A stretch of DNA of 64,000 bases from Planctomycetota bacterium. Lineage in GTDB: Bacteria > Planctomycetota > UBA1135 > UBA2386. The stretch's first letter is position 1; each line of letters starts with the position of its first letter. The stretch is taken from the NCBI GenBank assembly GCA_965223545.1, contig OZ245006.1, positions 4,448,001 to 4,512,000 of the forward strand, given 5' to 3'. The notes below the pieces were generated by a model. The model saw only the letters and a program-made list of their open reading frames with translations. It made no database searches and was not told the origin of the DNA. This document shows positions 19,537 through 27,933 of this stretch, in pieces. The translations under genes and the position numbers were made by a program.

Positions 19537-20511
19537 CTACCGCGGCGACGCCGCCGGCATCTCCACCGGCGCACCGATGCGCTCCACGCGCAGGCCATTT
19601 CGGGCGAGGAGCTGCAGGACGCCGTCCGGACCCGGGCAATGCGCCGCACCGATGGCGAAGAAGAAGCGCCGGTGCTGGTGCAGGCGGACCTTCTGCAGGA
19701 TCCGCTGTGCCATGCGGCGGTTGCGGTCGGTGAGCAGGGCCTTGCTGAGCCTCTGGCGCAGACCCGGCGTCGTGTCGGCGATGCTGTAGCGCTCGACGGC
19801 GCGGACCAGCTCATCGGCGTCGCCGGCCAGGTAGAGCTCGACGAGGTCGTCCACCGGATTGCGTCCCTCGGCGGCGAGTCGATCGAGGAGGTCGAGCATC
19901 CCCTCCAGCATCGTGACTTGCTCTTGCGTCGAGAACGTGTCGAACACCGAGGTCTGCTCGGCGACCGTCTCGAGGGCATCGAGAGTGCGCCCCAACTCAC
20001 GCGCGCGCCGCACCAACAGCTGGTCCAAGACGTCCGCCCCGGCGTCTTGTCGCGCATCCAGCGCGCCGAGTGTCAGCATGACGGCCCACACCTTCAGCCG
20101 GTGCAGGCGCGAGGCGGGGAATCCCCGACGCCGCGCGTACTCCTCGGCGCGGTCCAGCAACGGCGCGGGCAGCAGATCGCGCAGTGATTGCCCTCCGCTG
20201 AGCTGCATCGAGCGCGCCATCTCCATCATCGACGACGGCGACAGCGACACCTCGGTCAGCAGCGCGTCACTCTCGACGAGCGCCTGCGTGACTTGCCGCG
20301 GCAGGGCGGTGACGCGGGGGTCGGCGACGTGGATCGTCCCGTACACGTAGAACGGGCGCCCGCCGGTGTCCACGCGCCAGAGCAGTGGATGTGCCGTCGA
20401 CGTCGATTCTGCACCGCCACAACCGGCGAGGAGCAGCGCCACGCACGCGATGCCGGCTCCGATCGGGCCAGCGTTCGATCGCCGTCGCGGTGCTCGTCCA
20501 TGGGTGCGCAT
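19537..20511 (-). CDS. TraB/GumN family lipoprotein
   Basis: LAGC lipobox, LLWRV..YVYGTIHV, LETV.EQ, DRNRRM, FFAIGAAH. Confidence 0.85.
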   Translation of the reverse strand: MRTHGRAPRRRSNAGPIGAGIACVALLLAGCGGAESTSTAHPLLWRVDTGGRPFYVYGTIHVADPRVTALPRQVTQALVESDALLTEVSLSPSSMMEMARSMQLSGGQSLRDLLPAPLLDRAEEYARRRGFPASRLHRLKVWAVMLTLGALDARQDAGADVLDQLLVRRARELGRTLDALETVAEQTSVFDTFSTQEQVTMLEGMLDLLDRLAAEGRNPVDDLVELYLAGDADELVRAVERYSIADTTPGLRQRLSKALLTDRNRRMAQRILQKVRLHQHRRFFFAIGAAHCPGPDGVLQLLARNGLRVERIGAPVEMPAASPR

Positions 20512-20635
20512 TGGTGGGCCATCGGCACCGCGCTGCGCGCGCGTTGAGTGCTGCGTGCGCCTGGCGGAGGCTCGATTCGAGACCGCTCCGGAGCCGTCGA
20601 TGGCGGCGGCGGTTGACCGTCGCCCCGTGCGCGTG

Positions 20636-21172
20636 TCATTGCTCGAGCTCGACGCCCAATCCGTCCGCGATCCGGTTGACGTAGGCGTAGTAGGCCGCCA
20701 CTTCGCAGATCCCAAGGATGTCGGCGTCGGCAAAGCCGGCGTCGCGCAGCCGATGCACGTGGCCCGCCTTCACGCCCGCCGGCGTGAGAGTCAAGACCTC
20801 CACGTAGTCGAGCATCGCCTGCCGTCGCGCCGACAGACCGGCGCCACGCCAGTCGTGCTCGATGCGCTCCAGCAGCGCGTCGTCACCGAGCAGGCGGCGC
20901 AGACCGCGCCGGTGGTGCTCGATTCAGTAGTGGCAGCCGTTGGCGCGGCTGACGACGAGCGCGATCAGCTCGCGATCCACCTTGCGCAGACTTGGCGTGC
21001 CACGCATGACCGCGCGGTACAGCTCGAAGTGCGCGCGCAACCCGGCCGGGTGCAGCGAGTGGATCGACATGATGTGATCGAGCTGGCCGGTCTCGGGATC
21101 GGCGACCCGTGCGTACAGGTCGCGGAGCTCGGGGTCGGCATCATCAGCGGAAACCGTCGCAATCCACGCCAT
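20636..21172 (-). CDS. AhpD/CMD-like peroxidase-related selenoprotein (UGA at codon 83, CHYU)
   Basis: The ORF stops at CHY-TGA (20926-20924), but the same frame continues with family-typical IEHHRRGLRRLL...AMLDYVEVLTLTP...LRDAGF.DADI..ICEVAAYYAYVNRIADGLG to TGA at 20638-20636. Confidence 0.85.
20885..20923 (-). promoter_or_regulatory. Putative bacterial SECIS hairpin
   Basis: Directly after the UGA: ATCGAGCA-CCAC-CGGCGC-GGTCT-GCGCCG-CC-TGCTCGGT. Two stems with a G-containing apical loop. Confidence 0.7.
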
Positions 21173-21262
21173 GCCCCTCATCGAAGCCCGCGGCCGCCGA
21201 TTCGCCAAGGGGCGCCGAGAGTCGCGTGGAGAGGTGGCTTCTACGCTCTACGCCGCCGGAGG

Positions 21263-21342
21263 GCGGCCGTCGGGCCCCGCTGGAGTCGCGGGCGCCATTC
21301 CTATCGCGGCCCGCTCCGTGTTTGGTTGCGGCCTCGGCCGCG
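21263..21342 (+). repeat. Partial copy (3' half) of the 200-bp repeat
   Basis: GCGGCCGTCGGGCCCCGCTGGAGTCGC...GTGTTTGGTTGCGGCCTCGGCCGCG matches copies 1 and 2. Confidence 0.75.
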
Positions 21343-21475
21343 ATGCGCGTCATGGCGAGCGAATTGGGTTCCGGTTTTGCCGCGGCCTGCCGCTAGTGCC
21401 CAGTGCGTGACGGCGAGCTAGGCCTCGCCCCGTGCGCACGACCAGTCCCATCTCCACAAACGAACGGAACGTCCC

Positions 21476-21883
21476 ATGTTGCAAGCAAGACGCATTGCTC
21501 TCTTCTTGGCCGGTGCCATGAGCACGCTGATCTTCTTCTCCGGCACCGCATCCGCGCAGCCGGGAAACAAGTTGCTCATCGACTGCACGGCGACAACGGC
21601 CGGCGCGCCTTACCCCAAACTCTCGATCTGGATTCAGCCGACCTACGCGAACGTCCAGTTCAGCGATCCCCACGGCAACGTCGCCATCGAGTTGCACGAC
21701 CTCCCAACCTGGGTGGAGGACGACATCATCAACGCATTTGCGAGCTTCACCAATGCCGAGGGGCAGCCGACGCAGATCACGATGGCCATGGACATCGCGA
21801 AGGGGATTGTGTACGTGATGATCGCGGACCAACACGGCGTGCGCTACGACCAGTACAAGATCGACAGCATCCGGCAAATCTGA
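21476..21883 (+). CDS. Hypothetical secreted protein
   Basis: Signal peptide ending TASA-Q; protein-like composition; no recognised family. Confidence 0.7.
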   Translation: MLQARRIALFLAGAMSTLIFFSGTASAQPGNKLLIDCTATTAGAPYPKLSIWIQPTYANVQFSDPHGNVAIELHDLPTWVEDDIINAFASFTNAEGQPTQITMAMDIAKGIVYVMIADQHGVRYDQYKIDSIRQI

Positions 21884-21942
21884 GGCTCCAAGACAACACT
21901 GGCGTCTGTGCTCAGCGCGGCCGTCGGGCACCGCTGAAAATC
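21882..21942 (+). repeat. Partial copy (middle) of the 200-bp repeat
   Basis: GAGGCTCCAAGACAACACTGGCGTCTGTGCTCAGCGCGGCCGTCGGGCACCGCTG matches copies 1 and 2. Confidence 0.75.
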
Positions 21943-21981
21943 TGCGGTGGGCGGTGCTTCGGCGGCGCACGACCCCGGTCG

Positions 21982-22077
21982 TTACGCCCGCGTCGGATAT
22001 TGGCCGTGCAGCGCGATGATGAAGCGGACCTCGGTGAAGGCCTGCTCTTTCGGCTCGGCGTCCGCGGTCGCGTTGGC
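21982..22077 (-). pseudogene. Orphan 3' end of a tail-collar gene
   Basis: Encodes ANATADAEPKEQAFTEVRFIIALHGQYPTRA*, 25/31 aa identical to the end of 26854-27933. Confidence 0.8.
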
Positions 22078-22099
22078 AAAGCCGACGAGGTCCGGCGGG

Positions 22100-22230
22100 A
22101 GTCTGGAGACGTACGGGTGGGATGGCACGTCCTGGAACATCTTGGAGCCCGCGCGGTGGTTCAGCTCCCGCGGCGACCCATGGTCGCGTACGACACCGCC
22201 CGCCGACGGGTGGTGCTGTACGGCGGGGCA
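22100..22230 (+). pseudogene. Fragment of a kelch-like repeat gene
   Basis: ETYGWDGTSW and AYDTARRRVVLYGG lie in different frames with no start or stop context. Confidence 0.5.
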
Positions 22231-22266
22231 GTCTCCGGCGGTACCCACGGTTCGGCCCCGGACGTC

Positions 22267-23346
22267 TCAGCGCTCGCCGAGGACCAGCGGGCAGGCGTGG
22301 CCGTGCGTTCGGCAGAAGTCCGGCAGTTGGCCGCGGCTCAGCGCTCGGCGCATGCCGCGCATCACCGCGCCGTTCCAAACCTCCGCGATGGAATGCTGCG
22401 AAGGGTGGCCGATGCCGCGCTTGAGGAAGACGCAGGGCGTGTAGATGTCGTGCTGCGGCCGTACGCACAGGAACTTCCATGGGAACAGGCACGGGATGTC
22501 GCTCCCCTGCTCTGACTGCTCGGCGATGAACGAATGCTCGGCGTCCCACTGGTAGTGGATCTCGAGGCCCGCCAGCGCGGGGTCCTGTTGGGCCTGGCGC
22601 TGCAGCGCGCGGTAGTCCTCGAGCGCCAGCCGCTGCTCTTCGTAGTCGAAGGCGTGACCGAAGTTGTCCACTGCGTAGCCGTCGGCTTCGAGGTCGAACA
22701 AGTGCCGCAGCATGACGCGCTGCGCGCCCATGGCCGACACCCACCGCAAGAACGGGAGCGTCTCGTGGCGGTTGCAGCGCATCACGATGAAGCTCGGTAC
22801 CAGCGGCAGGCGCGTGTGCGGGGCCAGCTCATGGTGCAAATCGACGAAGCGGCTCAGGTTGCGCACGAGAGTGTGGAAGTCGCGCCCGTGTAGCTTGTGG
22901 TAGGTCTCGGCGGTGGCAGCGTTCACCGATACCGCCATGTCCACGTGCTCGGCGTGCCGCAGCAAGAAGCGCGCCCGCCGCTCGTCGAGCAGCAAGCCGT
23001 TGCTGGTGAAGCCGAATGCGACTCCGGCCGCCGCCAGCGCGGCGATGGTCTCCTCGAAGCGCGGGTAGAGCATCGGCTCGCCGTAGCTGCAGTCGTTCAC
23101 GCGGCGCGCGCGCAACAGGTCTGGCCAAATGCGGTCCCGGACCTCGTCCTCGAGGTGGCCGTGCTCCCGATACCCGGCTTCGTTCTTGCCGGTGCAAAAT
23201 GTGCAGGCCGGGCGCACGTTGCAGCGGTCGGTGAACTCGAGATTGACGGTCTGCGGCGCGGACTGCAGGCGGGTGCGTCGCCGGTCGATCTCCTCGGCCA
23301 GGCTGAGGCGGCGCAGGCGCGGGATCCAAGCCGGCATGTGGGTCAC
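22267..23346 (-). CDS. Radical SAM protein with SPASM/twitch domain and atypical CX5CX2C motif
   Basis: CNVRPACTFC, YGEPM, TSNGLLL, C-terminal CLFPW...PC..IG...SIAEVWNG...C....CP. GGAGG RBS and GTGA overlap with the upstream gene. Confidence 0.85.
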   Translation of the reverse strand: MTHMPAWIPRLRRLSLAEEIDRRRTRLQSAPQTVNLEFTDRCNVRPACTFCTGKNEAGYREHGHLEDEVRDRIWPDLLRARRVNDCSYGEPMLYPRFEETIAALAAAGVAFGFTSNGLLLDERRARFLLRHAEHVDMAVSVNAATAETYHKLHGRDFHTLVRNLSRFVDLHHELAPHTRLPLVPSFIVMRCNRHETLPFLRWVSAMGAQRVMLRHLFDLEADGYAVDNFGHAFDYEEQRLALEDYRALQRQAQQDPALAGLEIHYQWDAEHSFIAEQSEQGSDIPCLFPWKFLCVRPQHDIYTPCVFLKRGIGHPSQHSIAEVWNGAVMRGMRRALSRGQLPDFCRTHGHACPLVLGER

Positions 23347-25025
23347 TCCTCCAGGACGTCGGGAATCTCGCAAGCGCGGTGCAGGGAGTCGGTGGCGAGG
23401 GCCGTGGCAAGGGTCCGCAGCGCGCGGTCGAAGGCCGCGATGACGCGGTCGGTGGCAGTGGCGTCGTGCGCTCGGCTCAGCAGCACGTAGCCCTTGTGGC
23501 TGATCACCCCCTGCCGCGCCAGCTCTTGCTGGAGCAGAGTGCGGCAGGGCACGCGCGGGAACGTCGGGTCATCGGTGAGGAAGCCGAGGTACATGCGGTG
23601 CGGCGGCCCGACCAAGCCCGCCGGCAGGTCGACGGCCGCGCTCGTGGCGGCCACGGCGGCGCGGAGGCGCTCGGCCTGCACGGTGAGCGCTGGCGCGACG
23701 GGCTGGGTGCGGTAGACCTCTAGCGCTGCGCGCGCGGCGGCAAACGCGTGCACTTCTCCCTTGTTGGTCGGGGCGTAGAAGATCTGGCCCACGTGGCGGG
23801 CCAAGAGGTCGCCGCGCGCGCCGAGCGCGGCGAGCGGTAGACCTGCGGCAAGTGCCTTGCCCAAGCACGTGATGTCGGGCTCGACTCCGTAGGCCACCTG
23901 CGCGCTGCCGTCGCGGTAGCGGAAGCCGGTCATGATCTCGTCGAACACCAACTTGGCGCTGTGCCGCGCGGCGAGATCGGCGGCGCAGCGCAGGTACTCA
24001 CCGTCGCGCTCGTGCTGCGGGTCGTCGAAGTGCACGGCGGTTGCGGCGGGCTCGAGCACGACCGCGGCGAGGTCGTCGGCGTGGCGCGCCACTGCGGTCT
24101 GCAACGCCTCGTGGTCGAGGTAGGGCAACTGCAGTGCGTAGGGCTCCGACCATGGGATGCCGGTGGCGTGCATGCCGCGGCCAGCGGCGTTCCAGTCCTG
24201 CCAGCCGTGGTAGCCGGCGAACAACACCGTGCGGCGACCGGTGGCGACGCGCGCCAGGCGCACTGCCCAGGTCGTCACGTCGGAGCCGTTCTTGCCGAAC
24301 AGCACTTGGTCGATGGCGGGGAACATCGCGCAGAGCTCTGCGGCGACCTCGATCTCGAGTCGATGGGTCAGCGACAGCACGCCGGCGTGGGGCAGCACTG
24401 CGCGCAGGGCGGCGGTGACCTCGGGGGCGCCATAGCCGAGCAAGTTGCAGCCCCAGCCCATGTGTACGTCGAGGTAGCGGCGGCCGTCGACGTCGATGAG
24501 TTCGCACCCTGACGCTCGTTCCGCGAACAGCGGATAGAGATCGCCGTCGCGCCCGCGGTGCACGCCTTGGCCCGGGGAGAAGAACCAAGCGTCGTGCCGG
24601 CTGGCGAGGCGTTGCAGGTCGGAAGTGCGCGAGGCTTCGGGCGCCACGAGGTCGACCTCACAGCGCAGCGGCTCGGTGCCGCAGGAGGAGAACCAGCGCA
24701 CGCCGCTGAGCATCAGGTCGAAGCGCAGGGCGCAGCGCTCGGTAGTGGGCAGCCGCACTGGAATGGCGAAGGTTGTACGCTCGCCGGGCGCGACCGAGGG
24801 AGTCGGCAGCCAGCCGGTGGCGACCAGGGCGTCGTCGACGTAGAGCGAGAGCGCGACAGGATGACCGTCGTCGGGCTCGCGTTGCCAGACTCTGCTGCCG
24901 GTGTTGCGCACCGTCACGCGCACCGACAGCAGCGCCCCTTGCTCGGCCTGCACGGGCGCGGTGTGGTCCTCGTACTCGGCGGCCAGGGTGGGCCCGGCGA
25001 AGTGTCGCTTGAGTAGGCGGATCAA
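23343..25025 (-). CDS. Class III aminotransferase (GSA-AM-like) with N-terminal Ig-like domain
   Basis: DVDGRRYLD, FGKNGSD, GYHGWQD, FDEIMTGFR, LGKALA. N-terminal VRVTVRNTGSRVW beta-sandwich. TTG start after GGAGG overlaps the AKR stop. Confidence 0.85.
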   Translation of the reverse strand: MIRLLKRHFAGPTLAAEYEDHTAPVQAEQGALLSVRVTVRNTGSRVWQREPDDGHPVALSLYVDDALVATGWLPTPSVAPGERTTFAIPVRLPTTERCALRFDLMLSGVRWFSSCGTEPLRCEVDLVAPEASRTSDLQRLASRHDAWFFSPGQGVHRGRDGDLYPLFAERASGCELIDVDGRRYLDVHMGWGCNLLGYGAPEVTAALRAVLPHAGVLSLTHRLEIEVAAELCAMFPAIDQVLFGKNGSDVTTWAVRLARVATGRRTVLFAGYHGWQDWNAAGRGMHATGIPWSEPYALQLPYLDHEALQTAVARHADDLAAVVLEPAATAVHFDDPQHERDGEYLRCAADLAARHSAKLVFDEIMTGFRYRDGSAQVAYGVEPDITCLGKALAAGLPLAALGARGDLLARHVGQIFYAPTNKGEVHAFAAARAALEVYRTQPVAPALTVQAERLRAAVAATSAAVDLPAGLVGPPHRMYLGFLTDDPTFPRVPCRTLLQQELARQGVISHKGYVLLSRAHDATATDRVIAAFDRALRTLATALATDSLHRACEIPDVLEE

Positions 25026-26602
25026 GAGACCTCCACGCCTTGTCGCAGGAGTGTCAGCCGGGACCTGCGGCGGAAGCGGCGGCCGGGAAAGACCAGGTCG
25101 ACCCGGAGCTCGTGCAGGCCGCGGCGCGCGGTCGGCAGCTCGACAGCGAAGTGACACTGGCCGGTTGGCGGCACGTCGTGGCGCAGTCGGGCGCGCGCCC
25201 GCAGCCGGCCCGGCAGCGAGACCACCAGCTCCGGCCGCGGGCCGGTGTCCGGGGCGTGCCACGTGAGCGTGCCGGTGTTGCGCACTTGGCAGCGCAGCAC
25301 CGGGCGTGCGTCGTCGCGAGCGCGGGCTGGAATCTCGCGCGTCACCAGCTTCGCCGCCAGTGGCCGGCCGGTGATCCAGTCTTCGCGCCGGTCGTTGCGG
25401 TCGGCGACGGCGCCGGCGTCGCGCAGCACCAGCATCTTGCGGTGGATCGCGCGCAGCTCGCGCGGGATGTCGATGCCGGCCGGGCAACCGCAGGTCGGCG
25501 CGGTGCAGGTGTCGCACGGCAGTTCGTCGTCGGCCAGCAGGCGGAAGTACTGCAAGTTGCCGGACACCTCGTAGGGCGCGGTGGGGTAGAGCGCGTGATA
25601 GGCGGCGCGGAACAGGAACGACACCGGCAGGCGGTGGCGGCAGAGGTCGTCGCAGTGGCCACACCGGCTGCACAGCACCTGCCGCAGGTCCGCGGCCTGC
25701 GCCGCGACCTGTTCGCGGCACGCGGCGCAGTGGGCGGAGCTGCTTCTCAGCACGCGGGCGTTCTGCTCGACTTCCTCGACCGACGCCATGCCGACCACGA
25801 TGGCGTCGACCGCGGGGTCCGCGAGCGCGGCGGCGAGGACGTCGTCGGCACCGGGTACCGGCGGCAGCTGTTCGCGGTAGGGGTGGCCGGGAAACGCGCG
25901 TCCCGCGCAGAGCAGGCCACCGGCGAGTACCTTCATCGCGAGCACACCGACGTCGCGGGCGCGCGCCGCCGGCAGCACTTCGGTAGCCGTGCGGCGCAGG
26001 TCCTCGAAGCCATACGGCTTCTGCAACGGCACCGGCGGTTGTTCGAGCTGCCACACGGTCTCCGGGCGAAACGTGATCAAGTGGAAGCCCAGCGGGTTGT
26101 GCGCGACCATGAGCACGTCGAACACGTCGCGCTCGAGCAGTGCGAGCATCTGCTCCGGCGTGCCGTGCTCGCTGGCGAGCAGTGCGCCGATGCGTCCCTG
26201 CGCACGGAGTTCGGTCAAGTACGCGACGGTGCCGCGCGGCCCCCAGACGTCGAAGCCGAATGCCTCCTGTTCGGCGACTGCGGCGAGTCCGCACAGGCTG
26301 ATGCGGTCGGTGCCGAGCCGCTTGCAGGCGCTCTCGAACTGCTGCTCCACATCGGGGCGGTTGCCGCCGAGCTGCAACGACACGTGGACTCGATCGCGGT
26401 CGCCGAATGCGCTCAGGGCCTCGCCGACGAGAGTGTCGGCGCCCTCGTAATCGGGGGCCGTGTTGACGTGATTGATACCGGCCTCGAAGGCGCGCACCAG
26501 CGTCGCGACAGCCTGCTTGGCGGGGACGCGACGCAGCTGCGTGGTGCCGACCCCGATTGCGGAAACCCGTATCCCGCTCCGACCCAAACGCCGGATGTGC
26601 AT
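25022..26602 (-). CDS. Aldo/keto reductase with 4Fe-4S dicluster-like and C-terminal Ig-like domains
   Basis: RRLGRSGIRVSAIGVG, GINHVNTAPDY, AMKVLAGG, CSRCGHCDDLC, CDTC....C.CP.GIDIP, VRNTGTLTW. ATG start at 26602. Confidence 0.85.
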   Translation of the reverse strand: MHIRRLGRSGIRVSAIGVGTTQLRRVPAKQAVATLVRAFEAGINHVNTAPDYEGADTLVGEALSAFGDRDRVHVSLQLGGNRPDVEQQFESACKRLGTDRISLCGLAAVAEQEAFGFDVWGPRGTVAYLTELRAQGRIGALLASEHGTPEQMLALLERDVFDVLMVAHNPLGFHLITFRPETVWQLEQPPVPLQKPYGFEDLRRTATEVLPAARARDVGVLAMKVLAGGLLCAGRAFPGHPYREQLPPVPGADDVLAAALADPAVDAIVVGMASVEEVEQNARVLRSSSAHCAACREQVAAQAADLRQVLCSRCGHCDDLCRHRLPVSFLFRAAYHALYPTAPYEVSGNLQYFRLLADDELPCDTCTAPTCGCPAGIDIPRELRAIHRKMLVLRDAGAVADRNDRREDWITGRPLAAKLVTREIPARARDDARPVLRCQVRNTGTLTWHAPDTGPRPELVVSLPGRLRARARLRHDVPPTGQCHFAVELPTARRGLHELRVDLVFPGRRFRRRSRLTLLRQGVEVS

Positions 26603-26690
26603 GGTCCGACGGATAGTCGAGGGGTGGAGTGGCGTCACCCCGATTTCATGGTCGGTCCGCGGCCGACGCCTGGTGCGCCACAGTTGGTGT

Positions 26691-26857
26691 CTAGCAGGCC
26701 GTTGAGAAAGTGCTTCGTCTCGCAATCCGGTGATTCTCGATGCAGGTCGGCTCGCGAAAACGCAGGCGAATCGGTGGATTCGGCGAGGCTTTCGCGTGCC
26801 GAGCTGCGCGGGAGGCACCGGGTGGCGTGGCGAATGACTTTTTCAACGGACTGCTAG
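26691..26857. mobile_element. MITE with terminal inverted repeats and CTAG ends
   Basis: Left CTAGCAGGCCGTTGAGAAAGT versus right-end reverse complement CTAGCAGTCCGTTGAAAAAGT (19/21). No internal transposase. Confidence 0.8.
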
Positions 26858-27933
26858 GTGCGGACCGGGAACTGGCCGTCCAGTGCGATGATGAAACGGA
26901 CCTCGGTGAAGGCCTTGTCTTTTGGCTCGGCGTCCGCGGTCGCGTTGGCCACTCCGGCACGCGCCATCCCGGGCGAGACCCCCGGATGGACCGGAGCACG
27001 ACCGCGCAGGTCGGGGATGCCGAACGTCATCCGTCCGTCCCCGCCGTAGCCCACGCCGAGCACCGAAAACAGCGTCGAGTGCTGCGTCACCGAGAGCAAT
27101 TGCCCCTCGCAGAAGGCCCAGCCTTTCGGCGCAAACGTGCCAGCGAACATTCGAATCTCACCAATCACGGGCATGTCGTCGTCGTCCTCCAAACTCGGGA
27201 CCAGGCGTTCTCGTCGGGCGTCGGTGTGGTCTTCGGCGCGGCCGGTGACGCAGAGCCGCACGCGCAGCCGGGTGGCCGCGTCTTCGCCCGGGATGGGCGG
27301 AAACTCGAGTTCGACATCGGACTCGCGGTCGATCTCGGCAGTCGACGTCGGTTCGCTCGGGTGGTTCAACCACACCGGTCGAGATTGCGGGTTGCCCGCA
27401 GCTCGACTCTCGAGCTCGATGAGTGATCCGTACCATACGCGCCCTTCCGCGCCGGCTGGCACGCTCTCGATCGCGAACACCGGCGGCTCGGAGCCGGCGT
27501 CGGATCGCACGAGTTGGCCGTCCTTCAGCTCGAGTGCTTCGCCCTCGCTGTCGCGAATCACGACCATGCACCCGTATTGGGCGGGTTCGATGACGTCGAC
27601 CGTCATCTCGATCGCCTTGCTGTCGTTGAGCGTCGGCGCGTCGGGATCGTCCAAGTACAGCCGTCCCTCGCGCAGCTGCGTCGAGGAGTGGAGATCACCT
27701 TTGGTCTCGAGCAGGCAGCGCGGTGGCGTGCGGCGCTTCCCATCGAGCGTTTCGAAGGTCAATCTCTCGCGGTGGACGACCACGCCTTCTTGCCACGAGC
27801 TGCACGGCGCGATCCGCAAGCGGGGGGCGGAGTCGGGGGCAGGCTTTAGCTCGCCGTTCTCTTCGATGTCGTACGCGGTACCGTCTGCGCCGCGCAGTAC
27901 GACGACCGAACCGAAGAGCAGCGACAGGCTCAC
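26854..27933 (-). CDS. Protein with C-terminal phage tail-collar (MdpB-like) domain
   Basis: IGEIRMFAGTFAPKGWAFCEGQLL...LFSVLG..YGGDG..TFGIPDLRGR and terminal FIIAL.G.FP. GTG start overlaps the upstream TGA. Confidence 0.8.
   Translation of the reverse strand: MSLSLLFGSVVVLRGADGTAYDIEENGELKPAPDSAPRLRIAPCSSWQEGVVVHRERLTFETLDGKRRTPPRCLLETKGDLHSSTQLREGRLYLDDPDAPTLNDSKAIEMTVDVIEPAQYGCMVVIRDSEGEALELKDGQLVRSDAGSEPPVFAIESVPAGAEGRVWYGSLIELESRAAGNPQSRPVWLNHPSEPTSTAEIDRESDVELEFPPIPGEDAATRLRVRLCVTGRAEDHTDARRERLVPSLEDDDDMPVIGEIRMFAGTFAPKGWAFCEGQLLSVTQHSTLFSVLGVGYGGDGRMTFGIPDLRGRAPVHPGVSPGMARAGVANATADAEPKDKAFTEVRFIIALDGQFPVRT

Noticed and set aside
23343..25025. Calling the gene hemL
   Set aside because: FGKNGSD motif, extra Ig-like domain and non-tetrapyrrole context.
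26854..27933. Prophage or contractile injection system inferred from the tail collar
   Set aside because: No sheath, tube, baseplate, capsid or terminase genes in the window.
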